From: Leucoraja erinacea
Lineage: Eukaryota
Direction: 5' to 3'
Assembly (NCBI RefSeq): GCF_028641065.1
Contig: NC_073391.1
Span: 11,160,001-11,224,000, forward strand
DNA: 64,000 bases
In this document: positions 61,265 through 64,000 of the stretch, one piece after another
How positions within the stretch are numbered: the stretch's first letter is position 1
Layout of the letters: each line of letters begins with the position of its first letter
Notes under the pieces: generated by a model
What the model was told of the DNA's origin: nothing
What the model saw: the letters and a program-made list of their open reading frames with translations, nothing else
The model's database searches: none
Program-made: the position numbers and the translations under genes

Positions 61265-61992
61265 ATAAGTGTGGATTATTCATGGCCAGGATGAATGGCA
61301 AAGGATGCTCTACCTACTGAACGGTTTGCTTCTGTTCGTATATTCCTAACTTGTAAGTACCTTTATCCTTCCACCAAAAACCAATTAGAATCATCATAAA
61401 TAAATAGCAGTTTTAAAAGCATGTTTTGTTCAACACAGACCTCAGAATTCCATAGGGGTTAACATGATGTCCTACAACAACTTCAACAAGAGATCAGTGG
61501 AGCCTCAGGAGAGACTGCACGAGACTAATGTAGAAACTAATCCTTTCAAACACACTGACAACTTACAACCCAGAGTCAGGAGTCTTAATGCTTTAACAAA
61601 TAGATACTGTCGATGGCTGTACTGTGGCTGGAAGGTCCCCTTGGAGTACACTCACAAAGTAGAAAGATAATAAGTCTGATATTTCAGTATTAACCTTTTC
61701 ATCTTAAAAGCCAGTTGAAATGGTATTTTGAAATTATGTTTTAATATTACAGTTTGAGAAAGTAAATTGGTAATCCAGCAAAATTGTGAATACTCCCTTA
61801 AGAAAATGTTTTCTGCAAAAAAATGTTAAAGCTCCTACATTACATTCCTCTAATTTCATTTATTTTATTGACAAAGACTTCTCAATGTAATGTTGTCATA
61901 GATCTCCAAACGAGGATAGTGATATGCAATGAACAACTTGTTGTAATTCAGTGGTGATGCCAAAGCAGAGTTATTGAATGTCTGGTGAAACC

Positions 61993-62182
61993 GTGCAGGA
62001 AGGAACTGCAGATGCTGGTTTAAACCGAAGATAGACACGAAAAGCCGGAGCAACTCAGCTGAACAGACCAGCATCTCTGTAGCATAGGAATAGATGACGT
62101 CTCAGATCCTTCTTCAGACTGAGGAAGAATGGTCTCTCAGTCAAATGAAGGGTCTTCACCCGATACGTCACCTATTCCTTTG
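61993..62182. mobile_element. Inverted pair of Penelope 3' repeats
   Basis: Antisense unit ending CCTTCTTCAGACT, then sense TGAAGGGTCTTCACCCGATACGTCACC. Confidence 0.7.
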
Positions 62183-62310
62183 AATTCCACAGAGAAATCA
62201 AATGTAATTCCAACCATTTGCAAGCGCAACACACAGCATTGGAGACAAGTTCCCATTACCGTCCCTAAGAAAAGTCATATGAAAAATTTCAACAAAGTGA
62301 TATAGTGGTT

Positions 62311-63163
62311 AGAAACATAGAAACATAGAAATTAGGTGCAGGAGTAGGCCATTCGGCCCTTCGAGCCTGCACCGCCATTCAATATGATCATGGCTGATCA
62401 TCCAACTCAGTATCCCGTACCTGCCCTCTCTCCATACCCCCTGATCCCCTTAGCCACAAGGGCCACATCTAACTCCCTCTTAAATATAACCAATGAACTG
62501 GCCTCAACTACCCTCTGTGGCAGAGAGTTCCAGAGATTCACCACTCTCTGCGTGAAAAAAGTTCTTCTCATCTCGGTTTTAAAGGATTTCCCCTTTATCC
62601 TTAAGCTGTGACCCCTTGTCCTGGACTTCCCTAACATCTGGAACAATCTTCCTGCATCTAGCCTGTCCAACCCCTTAAGAATTTTGTAAGTTTCTATAAG
62701 ATCCCCTCTCAATCTTCTAAATTCTAGAGAGTATAAACCAAGTCTATCCAGTCTTTCTTCATAAGACAGTCCTGACATCCCAGGAATCAGTCTGGTGAAC
62801 CGTCTCTGCACTCCCTCTATGGCAATAATGTCCTTCCTCAGATTTGGAGACCAAAACTGTACGCAATACTCCAGGTGTGGTCTCACCAAGACCCTGTACA
62901 ACTGCAGTAGAACCTCTCTGCTCCTATACTCAAATCCTTTTGCAATGAAAGCTAACATACCATTCACTTTCTTTACTGCCTGCTGCACCTGCATGCCTAC
63001 CTTCAATGACTGGTGTACCATGACACCCAGGTCTCGCTGCATCTCCCCCTTTCCCAATCGGCCACCATTTAGATAATAGTCTGCTTTCCTGTTTTTGCCA
63101 CCAAAATGGATAACCTCACATTTATCCTCATTATACTGCATCTGCCAAACATTTGCCCACTCA
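62311..63163 (-). mobile_element. Very young 5'-truncated CR1 LINE, ORF2 C-terminus open to its stop codon
   Basis: ORF 62407-63168, 253 aa uninterrupted (WQMQYNEDKCEVIHFG...RGYGERAGTGY); (AGAAACAT)n tail. Confidence 0.97.
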
Positions 63164-64000
63164 TGCACTGGTTGTATTAGAATCTAAGAATTTTATGGAA
63201 TGTGAGCCATGTGGATATATGGAATTAGGTCATACTTCCCCAACGATTTCATTGAATGTTAGGATAGGCTAGAGGAATTGGTTGTGTGCGCAGTTCCCCT
63301 GTACACTTGAATTTCACTGTGATTTCAACATAAGAAAATAAAGTGGAAGACATTTTCAAGCTAAGAATTGGTCCTACAAATGCCTTTGGTCGCTTGAGCA
63401 TTCGAATGATTTGCCCGCTTTTTAACTATTTTATGTTGAGAGCTAGAGGCACTTCAGATCTAGGTTTGTGTTTTTACACTTGCGGTGAGCTCAAGGTAAG
63501 TTAGACTGAGAGTTACAAAGCACAGCTGGTGTCAGGATCAGGTGTGACAAGCAGAACAGATAAAAATTGTCAGTCTGTAGGATTTGGAGAATACAGTAGC
63601 AATTACTGCAGATGGAAATGATTTCTGGCATTTTGTGTACACATGTTTCCCGCTACTTTGACAATGTTAGTACACCTGGATGTTTAGTCCATCTGCTGAA
63701 GGTTTCCCAGAAGTATTGTTGGCTTGCCTTATGTGCATATCGTTCTGAGTCAGGAGCAGTTCAACCTGAAACAACAGGGATTTGGGCGACATTTAAGCTG
63801 AATAAACCCAACTAAATATTACCTCCCATAGAACGAACAGGCAGCACAAAATTTAGAAGGACATTAAAAAGAGTTTGGGGGTAAGAAGAGAGCTCAGTAA
63901 CTCCAACAACTCCCAAGAAGGGAATTCCATCTACTTCTGAAATGTTCATTTACTCCAGCAGTGACATACCAAGGAGGCGGGATGTACTATCTCCATCTGT

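Overview
Eukaryotic, repeat-dense, apparently non-genic DNA (intergenic or deep intronic). The repeat inventory (HE1/V-SINE-type tRNA SINEs sharing a 3' tail with CR1 LINEs, CR1 fragments with (AGAAACAT)n tails, abundant Penelope remnants) points to a cartilaginous fish, probably a skate or ray; this is an inference. No host exon, rRNA, tRNA or CRISPR array could be supported. Main contents: (1) a ~4.2 kb DIRS tyrosine-recombinase retrotransposon (gag, RT, RNase H, Dam-like methyltransferase, truncated YR) that splits a SINE at an AAT trinucleotide and has a rearranged 3' end; (2) about 18 Penelope-derived minimal hammerhead-ribozyme motifs, several in very short TSD-flanked insertions with fold-back palindromes; (3) five non-autonomous Helitrons carrying different internal satellites; (4) a Tigger/pogo element with a DD32D transposase remnant whose 5' end closely resembles my recollection of human MER82; (5) five PIF/Harbinger MITEs, a hAT remnant, Rex1/Babar, RTE and CR1 LINE pieces; (6) several local palindromes and duplications. 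All family names come from motif recognition, not database searches, and boundaries of decayed repeats are approximate.
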